In this document: positions 13,617-26,055 of the stretch, piece after piece
Position numbering within the stretch: the first letter of the stretch is position 1
How the letters are laid out: each line of letters starts with the position of its first letter
Assembly (NCBI GenBank): GCA_038496445.1
Contig: JALMLS010000590.1
Location: 62,001-126,000 of the forward strand
Direction of reading: 5' to 3'
Source: Trichosphaerium sp. ATCC 40318
Lineage: Eukaryota; Protista; Tubulinea
Length of the DNA: 64,000 nt
Notes under the pieces: model-generated
Seen by the model: only the letters and a program-made list of their open reading frames with translations
Told to the model about the DNA's origin: nothing
Databases searched by the model: none
Program-made: the position numbers and the translations under genes

Positions 13617-14794
13617 ATGACGACTCGCAAAAAAGCGTATGTTGCTTGTCAGCAATGTAGAAAAGCTCATGCGGCTTGTAATAACCAACGACCATGTAAG
13701 AGATGCCAAGTGTATGGCCATGAGTGTTTAGACTCAAATAAAAAGCAGAGAGTATCAAAATGCCCTTTTGAAATAGGTACTAAGAGCGGTGTATCATTTT
13801 TTAAGAGCGTTGTAAGGTCACTTTACATTAACTACACCTGTGGAACCTCCTGCACCAAAACAAATTACACAACCGCGAATGGAATACCTCCAGCGCGTTC
13901 CCACACCGCCAGCCCCAGACGAATATGCGCTAGAATTGCCATTTTTTGATGACTCACCCTTACAGCTCCCAACTCCCGCAGATTATGAAGCCGAAGGTGC
14001 CGAAATTAGCGGTCCTCTGGCTGAGTTTGCTTTGCCACCAAAACAATACACACTTCCAGGTACGTAGGCCTACATACAAAACTGAAACAGTAAAGCACAG
14101 CGTCATAAGGATAATGCTACGCGATCAAAACACGTTTTTTTTTGTTTTTTGATTAAATTTAATTAAAAAAACCCCAAATCACAAAGAAAGCGGTTAACAG
14201 TCTTACAAAGAACCGGAATCAGACGCAGCGCGTGTTAGATATTTAGAATCACAAGTAGCTGGGCTGACAGAAGAGAAAATAAAATTACACAGTATGATGT
14301 CCTCTATGTGGGATGAACTACAGCACCTGCGGCAAAAGACAGGAAGACAAGAAAAACAAAAACCGCAAGTAATAGATCCCGACTTACCTCTTAGGTTGGT
14401 ACCTCCTGCTCGTGCAGAATCTATACGAGTTAAATGGGGATGGGATTTTTCTTTATTATCATGTAACAACGCGTTTATGCATTTTGCTGGGATAACAGCT
14501 GAACATGTTAATGCTGGCTTAACAAAGTTTGAATTTTTTCCGGAGGGCGACATATCACAGTGCATTGTTATTTCCAATCTATTAAAAACTGGCGTTACAG
14601 AGAAGGTTGTAAGAAAAACTCACTTTCAGCCGAGAACACGTAAAGAACAATATGCGTCTTTAACGATTACAGCGCAATCTGATGGTATTATCATGGAGAT
14701 TGGCAAAAAGTTTTTGATGCCACTTGAAGACGTAGTGGACACCGTTGGAGTACACGCTTGTAATGTAAGAGACGAAATGGTAGTGTACCATTAA
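13617..14794 (+). CDS. Zn(II)2Cys6 binuclear-cluster transcription factor with coiled coil and C-terminal PAS-like domain
   Basis: ACQQCRKAHAACNNQRPCKRCQVYGHEC (C6 cluster); coiled coil YLESQVAGLTEEKIKL; PAS-like WDFSLLSCNNAFMHFAGITAEHV..KFEFFPEGD. Confidence 0.85.
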
Positions 14795-14902
14795 ATTAAA
14801 AATTTTTAACCTACGCGCTGCTGTGTTGCTTAACTAAAGTGTGGTTAAGTTCCAAGCTCGAAAACTCGAAGGGATTATCGGTTGAGCTGCGTAATTGTAA
14901 AA

Positions 14903-17453
14903 ATGGTATGTTTTGGTGATCGTTGGTTCGTTTTAGTTAATTGTTATTCAAGAACAACGAAACGCTCTTGGTGTCTGATCGTATTTTACTTCAAGGCTTT
15001 AGAGATGCTGGATGGTATTTGTTTAGTGCGATTTTGTAGCTTTTGTTAAATTCTGTACAGCGACTTGCCAGCAGAAGTTGAAAGTGTCCTTGACCTTAAA
15101 AAGCGTTCAGATGTGTACATGCGCTTATTACTGAAATGTTTGCGCATAATAGACAGCAATCGCGAATTGCCCTCATCTGTACGCACTCTCATATAAAAAC
15201 CAGAAGTAGCTTCCATTCTACGCTTGAAAATCTTTTCATTCGTTCTCCCTAACAGCGTTAGATTGCTAAAACACTTTCACAACGTACAAACCAAGCTGGT
15301 GCCATCGTTTCAATTCTACAAGTACGTAATCACTTGTCAAATACAATGTGACACTGTAAACAAAATGTCAACCGCGCTCGTGTTCATACAGGCGTAGGAT
15401 ATGGGTTATAACGAAAAACTTGGCTACACTGATTTGTTGTACCCTCATTACGACGCTGATATGCGTAAATTACTCATGTGGGTTCAAGAGAGGCTTCCTT
15501 TGAACGAACGCGATAATACAAATCCACTTATCAAGAAAATCGAGATGGAAATTGATGTTATGCTTGAATCTTCATGGGCTCCTAAATTTACGCTTAGTCA
15601 CGAGCATAAAATGACTCACTACAAAGCAGTTGATATTTATATACCTGATACTGGTACGTACGGCTAAATGGTCATGAAAAAAAAACCGTTTTCGGCGCAA
15701 TGAATTTTGTTTGAAAGTAGGTTTTGTTTTGGCTGCAAAAACCACGGTGCGGTCTTGTGTTTAACATGGTTATAGGTGTTTACGCCAGTGGTACATCTAA
15801 ACATGCGCGTAAGTACTTTCAAAGTGGACAAAAACTAGCAACACAGCAGCCTTTGCACAGAGAAACCGTTGCGCCTTCAATACTCCAAAACACACGAATT
15901 ATGTGGGAAAAACAACAAGATTGGGACGCAGAATGGACAGCTCAAGGCATAGACTCAGGTCTTGATCAGGTAAAGCTACCGCGGATTTTTTTCGTTTGAC
16001 GGTTGTTAACACGTGATAGGGTGAGTACAAGACCAAGAAGAAACAAGATGTGGTCAGGCGAATGCGTGAAATTCTAAACAACTCCTTTGTTTCAGCACCA
16101 ACCAACATGTCCTATGACATTCGCCAAGGCAAAGGAAAAGATAACCTACAACACAAGATTCAATACAACCAAAACAAAAAGCCAAAGGAAACAGATGAAG
16201 AGAGTGAAATGAGAAGAAATGCAGAGAAAGAGGAAGCTTTGGTATGTATTTGTTCATCATTTTTTTGGCTGTGTACTACAATATACTTATCGTTCTCTCG
16301 TTTAGGGTTCTTTAGAGAATGCTGATAAAGCTCTGAAGGACATGGAAGAAAGTATAACGACATATCAATCTGATATCCGTCATGTAATGCAAAAACTTAA
16401 CTGTTTTTCGGACTAACCTCGAGTTTAGATGAAAGGCCAAATTAAGGGCGTAATTGAGCAGCAATTATCCCTTAAAGATCAATTAACCAAATGGAAAGAA
16501 ACTTGGGCACTGCTCGAACCAGATCCACAGGCTAACATTGATAAATTGAATAGCCTTGCAAAAGATCAATCTGCTAAGCTTATTAAACTTGCAGAACAAT
16601 GGGAGACTTACCGAGCACCACTTATTAAGGAAATTCGAGAGATTAGAGCAAGGGATAAAGCCAAGGAGGGTAACTTGGCTGTTATTCTGACGGATATCAA
16701 AGCCGCTAGGGATGTTATCAAAGACAACGTCAAACAATTTCACAAGAAGGAAGCAAGGTAAAACTTAGTTCTCGTCAAATCTTTTGTTGTTTTGCTTTTA
16801 TTTTTTTTCTTTCTATTAAGCTTTTCTCTAGATACAAGCAACTCCTTGAAGTATACAAACAGTTACCAAAAGAAAGTCGATCAACATTCACACTTCGTAT
16901 TCTTGAACTCGTCCGTAACGTCAAGAAACAAAAAGTTGAGATCAACAAGGTACACTTTGTTTGTCGCACTTTTTTAGCCCTTTCGACCGGACTCACAATC
17001 TGATTCTTGCTTATGGCGTCAATAGATTCTTGTGGATACAAAGGATTTACAGAAAGACATCAATAAAGTGACAGAGAATTTGAAGAGAAGTTTCAGACTA
17101 ACAGAAGACATGATTTTTAAAGATGCTGAAAAGAAGGTTCCTGCTGCTAGTGCAGCTTACAAGAAGTTGGCTGCAATTAACGAAGTTTTTAAAGCTCTCA
17201 CAGATACAGGTACGAAATAATGAGTTTTCCCAAGTGATTTTGTGCATGAATTAACACGTGTTATTTAGTGGCTGAGAAAGGACAAGTCAAGAACTTTATT
17301 TTGAACCTCGAAGATCGAATAGAGAAGATTGCTCAACGTGCTTCAGCCTTAAATATGGAGCGCATTGACTCCGATTTGAAGCAAGTAAAGGAAGAAAACC
17401 GAGTGATGCAGATCAAGATCGATCATGTGAAGAAATCTCTCGTCAAAAAGTAA
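14903..17453 (+). CDS. CCDC22: Coiled-coil domain-containing protein 22 homolog (CCC/Commander complex)
   Basis: SDRILLQGFRDAG; MGYNEKLGYTDLLYP..MRKLLMWVQERLP; LAEQWETYRAPL; LPKESRSTFTLRILELVRNVKKQKVEINKILVDTKDLQKDIN..RSFRLTEDMIFKDA..AYKKLA. Confidence 0.9.
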
Positions 17454-17800
17454 TATTCATACTGAGTCCTTGTAATTTAGAGCTATAAACAACCCACGTC
17501 ACTACTCTTCCTTCCCGTTGTTTCACGCCCATCTTTTCAATGTACTAGTAACGGACACTTGGTAAGTGATGGAGATAGTAGTGCGATCCTGTAAAGCCTC
17601 AACGGCCAGGAAAACTTGTGAAAATATATCAAAACTTTTTAGTGGTTTTCCGCGTTGTGATTTAGGCTTGGTACAGAAAAAATTAACCCTCTGAAGGTGA
17701 AGGAATGAAAGTCAATGAAATTTGTGCAATGTTTCCTCGTCGTGAAATGTTCAGTGAAAATTACAGTGCTAATCTTGTCATAACCCTCTAACCGCCACGA

Positions 17801-19154
17801 ATGATAGTCGCTCGTCCGGGTAATACCCTGGAGCCTCGTAGATGGGGAGCACCATCCACTGGTAGAAACCGCGTTGTGGTCGAAACAGCCTTCTACACAA
17901 ACGCTCAGGACCTTTCTTCAGACTCTCCACACTCCACAAACAGCTCTGATGACGATTATACGTCCAGCGATGAAGAATACTGGGCTTACCACGCGCAACT
18001 TGAAGTAAACTCCTCAACTGAAGTACAATACGCCCCCGATTTTGAGGACGAAAATAGTAGAGTGGAATTTGACGACTATTGTACGACAGTTTTTACTCGC
18101 GTTTGAATCCAGTTTGACCATTGAGACAGATAGCGAGGACGAAGATGAGAAGACAGCCGTTTGGACAAAAGCCGATACTCTCTTAACGTATGAAGCAGAG
18201 TATTTTGCCAAGATAAAGAGTAAAAGACGCTACGCTCCATATTCTCGCAATTTGTTTCGAGCCTCCAAGAAACGAAGCAAAGCCAGGCTCAAACCGCATC
18301 GCTACATACATCAAAACGTACTCAAACGAAACGAAGAGCGTTTGGAAAGGTTCGTAATGGATGGCAACAAGAAAACATCCAGCAACTAATCCCAACCGCT
18401 TAGAATCGCTGAACACCATCAAGAACGAAAAGAAAAGCGTGCCATTACAATTGCTCGAGTTTACGGATACTGGAACAAGACACCTACTTATTCACAAAGG
18501 TTCGTTCACTGTTTTCCCGATTTGTAGTTACCACTAGACATCTTTTTCTTATGGACTTGAATTAGACATACTGAACCTGCATACGATCGCGTTGAATCTG
18601 GTACAAATGCTGCCATTGTTAGAACAGAGGTAGAACAAATCAACAGAGCCATGGAGCGCTCAAAACACGATGGTACAAAAAACAAAAAACGAAATTGTTT
18701 TTTTGCTTATTATTATTTTCTTAATGGCTCACACCTCTCTTTTTAGTGGCACCATGTGGTTTGACTTATGAGATGATTATGCTTCTTCAAACACGTGATA
18801 TATCTCCTGAGGATTACGACCTGCTTCTGCAACTTGATGAAAGCGTACCAAACAAAACAGTGGATGCTTCTAAAGTCGATTCTCTCGATACTTTTAAATT
18901 TTCTTCCACTGAACACGACTGTGATACACCTTGTTCTGTATGCTTGTCACCTTACTGTGATGGAGAGTCAATAACCAAATTGAGTTGTGACCACATTTTT
19001 CATAAGGTACCTACCCCTCCTGCTTTGTCGTTGTCTTTCATTTTTCTCCTCTATGCAAAATCTGATAAATTATGTTTAGGATTGTATTGATAATTACTTG
19101 AAGAACTACGGCAGAAATTGTCCATTGTGTGGACTTGATGTCACTCAGACTTAA
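17801..19154 (+). CDS. RING-H2 E3 ubiquitin ligase; multi-exon
   Basis: LQTRDISPEDYDLLLQLDE, then CSVCLSPY..LSCDHIFH(intron)KDCIDNYL..CPLC. Confidence 0.88.
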
Positions 19155-19577
19155 ACAACTGTCCTTTTTTGCTGCCTTTGCAAATTGTATTTTAGCCCTT
19201 CCTTTGGTCTGTAGAGCACACGTGATATCTACCTACCCAATAATTGTAAATAAACCGAACAACACGTTGTACTTTCTATCGCTTGCACAGTTTTTTTCGT
19301 TTTAGATTTGACTTGACGTTATCTTTACTATCCAAATCATACCAATACGCCCACAAATACTAAAGTACCGCCTAATTAGCACAGTGGGCAACACTGATCC
19401 AAAATCTTGTTGATGTGTTTCGACACGTCACTCTTTTTGTCAAACGCTCAGAACAATAACGGCATGCACGTTGCTACCAAAGTATGTGAATCCGTTCAGC
19501 AATTTCATGCTTTTTTTTTCCTGATTCTGGGCCACAGTGGAGGTTGTAGCCTTTCAAAGTCAATCATTTCTAGCGCC

Positions 19578-20445
19578 ATGAACACCTTGACTACACTTTT
19601 GTTACTCTCTGCACTAACATGCGCACTGGCGACATGGACTCAAGCAACGGAAACATGCCTGAAAGACATGAACGTTATGCCAACTTGTAAGTTGATAAAC
19701 AACCCAATATAACTTCCGAGGCGTTCGTATACTAATTCCTGACAAGCTGTCGATTTCTGGAGTGGCCCAAACTATGTAAACCTTCCTCCTTCAATAACAC
19801 CTCCTTATGACATACGATGGGGTGTCTGTCATAGCACTCATCCTAGTTATTCATCATGCTTTAATGATCCCATTCAAACATTCCCCAACCCATGCTGCCC
19901 ATCAAGAAACTACCCCAATCCGCCAGCTAGTTGGTACAATCCACCAGCCGCGTCACCTTTTGGAGGCCCTGTTCCACCTGTACGTGCTGTCTCGGCTTTA
20001 AGTTGACTTGGCCTAAGCGTTACAATAAATAGGGTACTTGGACAACCGCTGGCTTATCCACTAACCAGGCACAAGCCTTCTTCAACTATACAACGGTCTT
20101 CAATATTCCTCAGCGTATGGCCAAAATCACAAACAATTCTAACTATGCATAGACTGCGCTGGGGCCACGCTTGTTGGTAGATGCTGGATAGACTCTGCAC
20201 TAGTGTACACTAGGTTGAATGGCGTGTTTAGCTTTGTAGGCTGTAATCTTCCATCAACACCGTATGCTCAAGCAATAACGTTTTCTCTTTCAACACAAAG
20301 TGGGCTTATAGCTGGTCAAGACAACTGGTTTAGTTTCCTAACGTACAACAGCAGAGCTGCTTCAGGTATAATGGTAAAATGGGAAGCATGTTCTTGTGGA
20401 GCAGTGCCTACAGGCGTAACTAATGTGCCTGTCAGTAGTAATTAG
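19578..20445 (+). CDS. Secreted Cys/Pro/Trp-rich protein of unknown function; multi-exon
   Basis: Signal peptide MNTLTTLLLLSALTCALA, short GT-AG introns, exons rich in C/P/W/N, ending ..WEACSCGAVPTGVTNVPVSSN*. Confidence 0.65.
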
Positions 20446-20661
20446 TCATTTCAAATAAAGTAACTAATTCCGTCTTGTTAAAACATCAGCATCCATGCAA
20501 CAACCGCCATTGGTCAAGTTTTTATCACGTGTACAATGCAACTTAAGTACTTTAACGCTACGTGAGTATATGACGTACCGCAGGGCTGTACGATAATGTG
20601 AGAGTGGTTAGAGCTAAGTCAACCAGTGTGATAAAAATAGCAATTGAAAAAAACACAATCG

Positions 20662-21849
20662 ATGCAGATTGACCATACAATGGAAAGTCTGATAGACCAA
20701 ACACCCAGGCTTAATGTGGATGTGCTTGTTTACATATTTAGAAAGATAGGAGACATTCTCGATGTTTGTATGTGCGAATTGGTTTGTAAAGTACGTATAC
20801 GCATGTGATTAAGATTACAGGTGTTTAGGAATGGTGTTCTGTAGCCTCATGTGAGCCACTGTGGAAATACTTGTACCAGAGGCAATTTAAGTCTAGTTGC
20901 TGCGCATACGACATTGTACGCTTAACAGTGCAGCGTAGAAACCGTTATTTTTTATTTATTGACACTGAAATTACAGTTTGACGCAAAAGGCCAAGCTGCT
21001 TTTTATCGCAAAGAGTGTGTGGACACTCATTTTAGCTTTCCTACAAGAGATGATCAAAAACAAGTTGAAGCTGTTGATACAGCACTTGCATTTCAAAATA
21101 CGAAACAAGACTCGGCAAACTATCAAGTATATAAGCTTCGTCGACGACATACACCTCTATCACCTCATGCAATAAAACATGCTTGCATTTCAGCTGTCAT
21201 GATGTTATGTTTAGAGTATGAAACTGGCGAGGTAGTCACTAATGAAAGCAAAGTTAAGATTGGGGTGAGAGGAGGAATGCCAACATCTGTTCCATTAATA
21301 ACGTACGTTAATGTTTGGAGCACTATCTTTATTGTCATGCCATGTAGTGCATTTGCTGCAATGAAACATCCAGGGGCTCTCTGTAAAATGATTGGCGTCA
21401 AAGACCAGGATGTTTGTTCTTACATATCGCCAGAGACCGACCCAGTGCCGTATTTCTATCCGAAGAGAGCATATTCAATGGGTGCATTGTTTTAGTTGTA
21501 ATTTTAGCAAGCTGACACGTGATTTTGAATCAAATAGCTCAAAAGATAACCAAGGATGAAGCTATTCGCCACAAGTTTTTATGTCCCCTACTAGAAGAAG
21601 GTGCAATCGTTTATCTATTTGAAAACGAACTTGACCCTGATGATGATCCTGAGGAGCATTCTGTACTCCTTTTTTTTTTTTTTGATTTTAAGTTGCACAT
21701 ACAGTTTTTTGCTCACAATTTTTTAGATGTTCCCTTATTTTTTTGATGGGTGTGAATACAAGCAAATTGTTAGAGTGTACACCATTTACACCCCTATAGA
21801 CAACGTAATTCACGTGATTGATATAACCATAGCTTGGTTGTGGGAATAA
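20662..21849 (+). CDS. F-box protein; multi-exon
   Basis: RLNVDVLVYIFRKIGDILDVCMCELVCK(intron)EWCSVASCEPLWKYLY F-box consensus. Confidence 0.8.
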
Positions 21850-22137
21850 ACAAATTGTAATGTTTATCCCGATGTAAGTTTTTTGGTACTCTTACTCTAG
21901 TTAGCTACCACTTGTGCTATCCGTTCGCTTATAATTTTCGCGTATTACATCCGAGTGGTTTCGCCTTGTGCTCACACTTGCCGCTTACGCCACTAGCTTG
22001 TGATGTTTCTGAGTATCGAAAAGTAGTAAGCTGTTGCAAATGTTGTTTTGTTTCAAGTAATTAACAGAAAATTAAGAAACTTGCTGACGTTTATAGCGTA
22101 AAGTATTCTATTAAATTACATCTGACACGCGTCCGCG

Positions 22138-22676
22138 ATGACCATAAAGTATATTCTTCTGGTAAACAAACAAGGACAGACGCGACTGTCCAAATACTAC
22201 TCATTTATGCCAATGACTGACAGACAGCACTTGGAGGGCGAAATAGTGCGAAAATGCTTGAGCCGTTCCGAGCGTCAAGTACGTGTCTAATATATTCAAT
22301 TATCGCTTAGCTTAACTTGGTGGAGCTGTTTACCGTTTGTATTTTCTTTCCCCTTTACAATTTCTAATGTTGCCAATAGTGCTCATTTATTGAGTTTCAG
22401 AACCATAAGGTTATATACAGGCGATACGCAAGCCTTTTCTTTATAGTTGGTGTAAACGGCGACGAAAACGAACTTGCAGTGCTTGAACTCATTCACTTGT
22501 TCGTAGAGACACTAGATAAATACTTTGCAAGCGTTTGCGAATTAGACATAATGTTTAACTTGGATCGAGCTCATATGATGTTGGATGAGATTGTAGTAAA
22601 CGGCAACATCGCTGAGACGGCGAGTGTAAAAATTTTGGCACCTTTGGCCCTAATGGACAAGATGGTACAAGAGTAG
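22138..22676 (+). CDS. AP4S1: AP-4 complex sigma subunit
   Basis: [73 protein letters not shown]; one intron. Confidence 0.92.
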
Positions 22677-23056
22677 TATAGTAAAAAGATGTAATGTTTG
22701 TAACGTATTGTGTACGTGTAAAAGAATATCAGTTTTGGAAAACAGAAAATGTGTACGCGTTGGTTGTTTATGCGTCAAACAAACTTGGGCAAAAAAAAAA
22801 GTTTGCGAATCTTAACTAAGGGTATACACCAGGTTGTGCATACCCATAGTTTCGCCTGCAATAGATAAAACAGCTTTGTTCGAGTGTACTTTTCGTTTTC
22901 TAACTCCGACTATTATGTCCAGTCGTTGGCTTGCGTTGTATGAGAGATTCTGTAGTGTATTCGACATCTTACCACAATAGGCAAGTTTTGTGTCTATGGC
23001 TAAGTTAGGTTTACGTCATCTTGTACCCAACTCGAAATTGAGTCACATCAACAACA

Positions 23057-24277
23057 ATGGATTACTTATTGGGCCCTGAAAAGAAACGCGAAAGCTGGCT
23101 CAGTTTATTGCAAGGCGCAGGTATTTCTTGTTTTGCAAAAGTGCGTCTTGTAGCCCTTTAACCTTGTATGCTAGTTGCTGAGTTTATTGCTCTATTCCTC
23201 TTTAACTTCTACAGTTGTGGAACCGTCCAGGTGCGTACAGTTTCCGGAGTTGGTTTTTTAGCTATTAAATAGCTTCTACACGCTGTACTTGCAGTGTTGT
23301 TACTATCGTACCACGCTGTTCCGAGTTTAATCCCGTTCTTTAGGCAGTACTAGGAGCCCGCCCAATGGGACCTTTGGACCTCGTTTCTATCTCATTTGGT
23401 CACGGTTTAATTCTAGGCCTTACTGTAGCGATTAACGCACACATTTCTGGTTCGTGCAACGCGAGTTAGCGAGAAACTCACTAACACTACCACAGGTGGA
23501 CACTCCAACCCTGCTGTAACGTTTGTTTTGGCTATAACAAGTAAGTAGACTCGAGTTATTTACTCGGTTTATCTAACACCTCTAAGACCCTTCGGATGTA
23601 CCTATTATCAAGGTTATTATCTACTGGATTGCTCAATTTCTCGGTGCTATCGCTGGTACTGGAGTTCTCGCTTTGGCGCTTCCAAAAGCTTTGGAAGGAA
23701 ACCTAGGCTTGCACACCATCGCTGGAAACCTCAACTTTGGCCTTGCCTTGCTTGTTGAGGTTATCATCACTTTCGGTCTCGTTTTCACTGTCTACACTAC
23801 TGCCGTAGACGCTAAGAGATCTGGTATTGGTGCCGTTGGAGGAGGTAAGCTTTGAGCGCTCTACAAGTTCGAAAGAGAATAGCGTAGAACGTTTTCATGA
23901 CAACTTGAAACTAACTTCCTGTTAGCCCCACTTTACATTGGTCTTGCTGTCACCGCTGGTCACTTGATCGCTGTTCCTTTGACTGGTGCTTCCATGAACC
24001 CTGCTCGTTCTTTAGGACCAGTTGCCATTACAGGCATTGGAAGATGTACGGACACTATTTTTTTTTGAGCTTGGAAGTTTGTATTTACGTGCGTTTAGTC
24101 TACTGGGTTCACTTGGTAGGTCCTTTCCTCGGCGCTTGCATTGCTGCATTCTTGTACACCTACGTTGTCAAAGTCCACAACAACGACTACAAGAAAGCAA
24201 AGGTACGCTTTTTTTTTAATAGTTTAAAGCGCTAAGTCATTTTGTAGCAAACTGATACTGAACTTGAAATGGAGTAA
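23057..24277 (+). CDS. Aquaporin / MIP-family channel; multi-exon
   Basis: [64 protein letters not shown]. Confidence 0.95.
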
Positions 24278-24954
24278 ATATTTTGCTTCCAATAAACTCT
24301 CGTTTTATTTAGTCTGTTTTGTTCAACGTTAAATGTTTGTTCGTCTACGAAAATACAATTTGTTTAGTTTCATCTCAACGTGACGTTAGTACAAAGTAGT
24401 TGTGCCAAGATTTTCATGTTGACTAAGTCATTTCGGTATTTCGTGCTACTGACGCACTGATTAGTGAACTAATGACAGCATAACTCACCCTATACCTTTT
24501 TCTCCTCGTCTTGTTTCCATTTACCCACATCTGTTCTACCTTTATTTGTCCATCCATACCATTCTTTGCACCGTCTGGTTTGTCGCCAATAAACATAGCG
24601 CGTATTCTACTTAGGCTGCTCTTGAATCCACTTTAGGTCGCACGTTGGTGAAAACGGACAATAATGTTGTGAATCCGACCAATCAAGTTACGTATCGAAG
24701 GTTACACGTGATTGGATTTAATCTTATAATGACGACTCTAAACTAAAAACATCCACAAGTCTCAGTGACCAGAGGCAAATACCGTTACTTAGATACCTAA
24801 CGTAAACGTCCTAAATTATGAATTCGATGTCTTCACGTCAGCTAGCAGTATGTTGTTTGATTCTTTTTGGAAACACCAACTAGTTTGTTTGATTAAAAGT
24901 ACCTCTAGCAATGAGTATTGAACTTATTTTTATATGCATTTAATGACGATCCAA

Positions 24955-25762
24955 TCAGGCCCACATTACAATAGATACACGCTTTTGCCTCTTGACTATA
25001 TCTCCAGGCTTTAGATTGGTCATGTTTGCATTGATAACCTTGTCATGTATAACGTCTTGCTCTTTTGGTTGAATTGAATGTACCCATTCACAAAATGCTT
25101 CCTTTGTAACATGTAGAGCTGAACGCGGAGCCATAAATACCGAAACTGTTGGTACATCAAGGAGATCGTTCGGCAGGAAGACCTCTGTCGGTGTTGAACT
25201 GAATCGAATGGCAGTTTTATCCGTTGGTTTATAGTAAAAGTCTAAAAGAGCAGATGACCCAAGCGTCACTAGTGCGGGCTATTAATAGACAAGTTGCGCA
25301 CGTGATTTTGGGGTAAATAGTAGGTACCTATCGTTGCTGTACGGTCACTTCCACCACCATCTTTATGAGGCTGAAGAAAGTAAGCAAGGAGGAGACTGAG
25401 GATCACATCGTACGTACTATCATTTTCTTGTTTGGATTTTCATAGTGGTTAACGGATATTTGAGTTGGTTCCGCTGAGAGTATACCAGCGTGTTGCAGTT
25501 TGGTTACAAGAGTTTTGAGCTCTTTTGGCAGTTTTGTTGTAAACATACTTACAGCTGGGCCTTTCAAACCCGAAATGTAACCTCTATGTCGTCCTTGGTA
25601 GGCAATACACTGTTTTTAATAATCAGCATGATTTGTAGCGGCTGACACTCTGGTCATATTTAATACCTTTGCGTATAGGCTGTCATGCTCTTCTTGTGTT
25701 AAAATGTCTGGGTAGAATGAAGCACCAGGTAATTGCTCCAAAGAACGCGTTGGGGGCTCCAT
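24955..25762 (-). CDS. AlkB-family 2OG-Fe(II) dioxygenase (ALKBH6-like); multi-exon
   Basis: FYPDILTQEE, PTQISVNHY, PHKDG (HxD), VTLGS..LDF, SVFMAPRSALH..WVHSI, RQKRVSI (Rx5R-type end). Confidence 0.8.
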
Positions 25763-26055
25763 TGAACGTTGTATTAGGCGTTTAAACGTTTGATTACAGT
25801 GTTACTACAATTTGGTTAGCTTTTCACTGATAACGCTCGTGTTATGCACTTGCCGTTTCAGTGTGTATACTGCATTAGCGAAAAGAACGTTGAAGAGCGC
25901 GCTTAACTGAAGTATTTTGACGTGACTTGGGCGAAATAAAGCAAATTGGATTTGGCTATTGACACAAAAGCTGTAAGCTATTTGTTTACTTTACCATGTA
26001 TACATAGGTTATATTTTACGTTAACTTGTAATTTCCTAGCGTGTACGTGTAGTCT

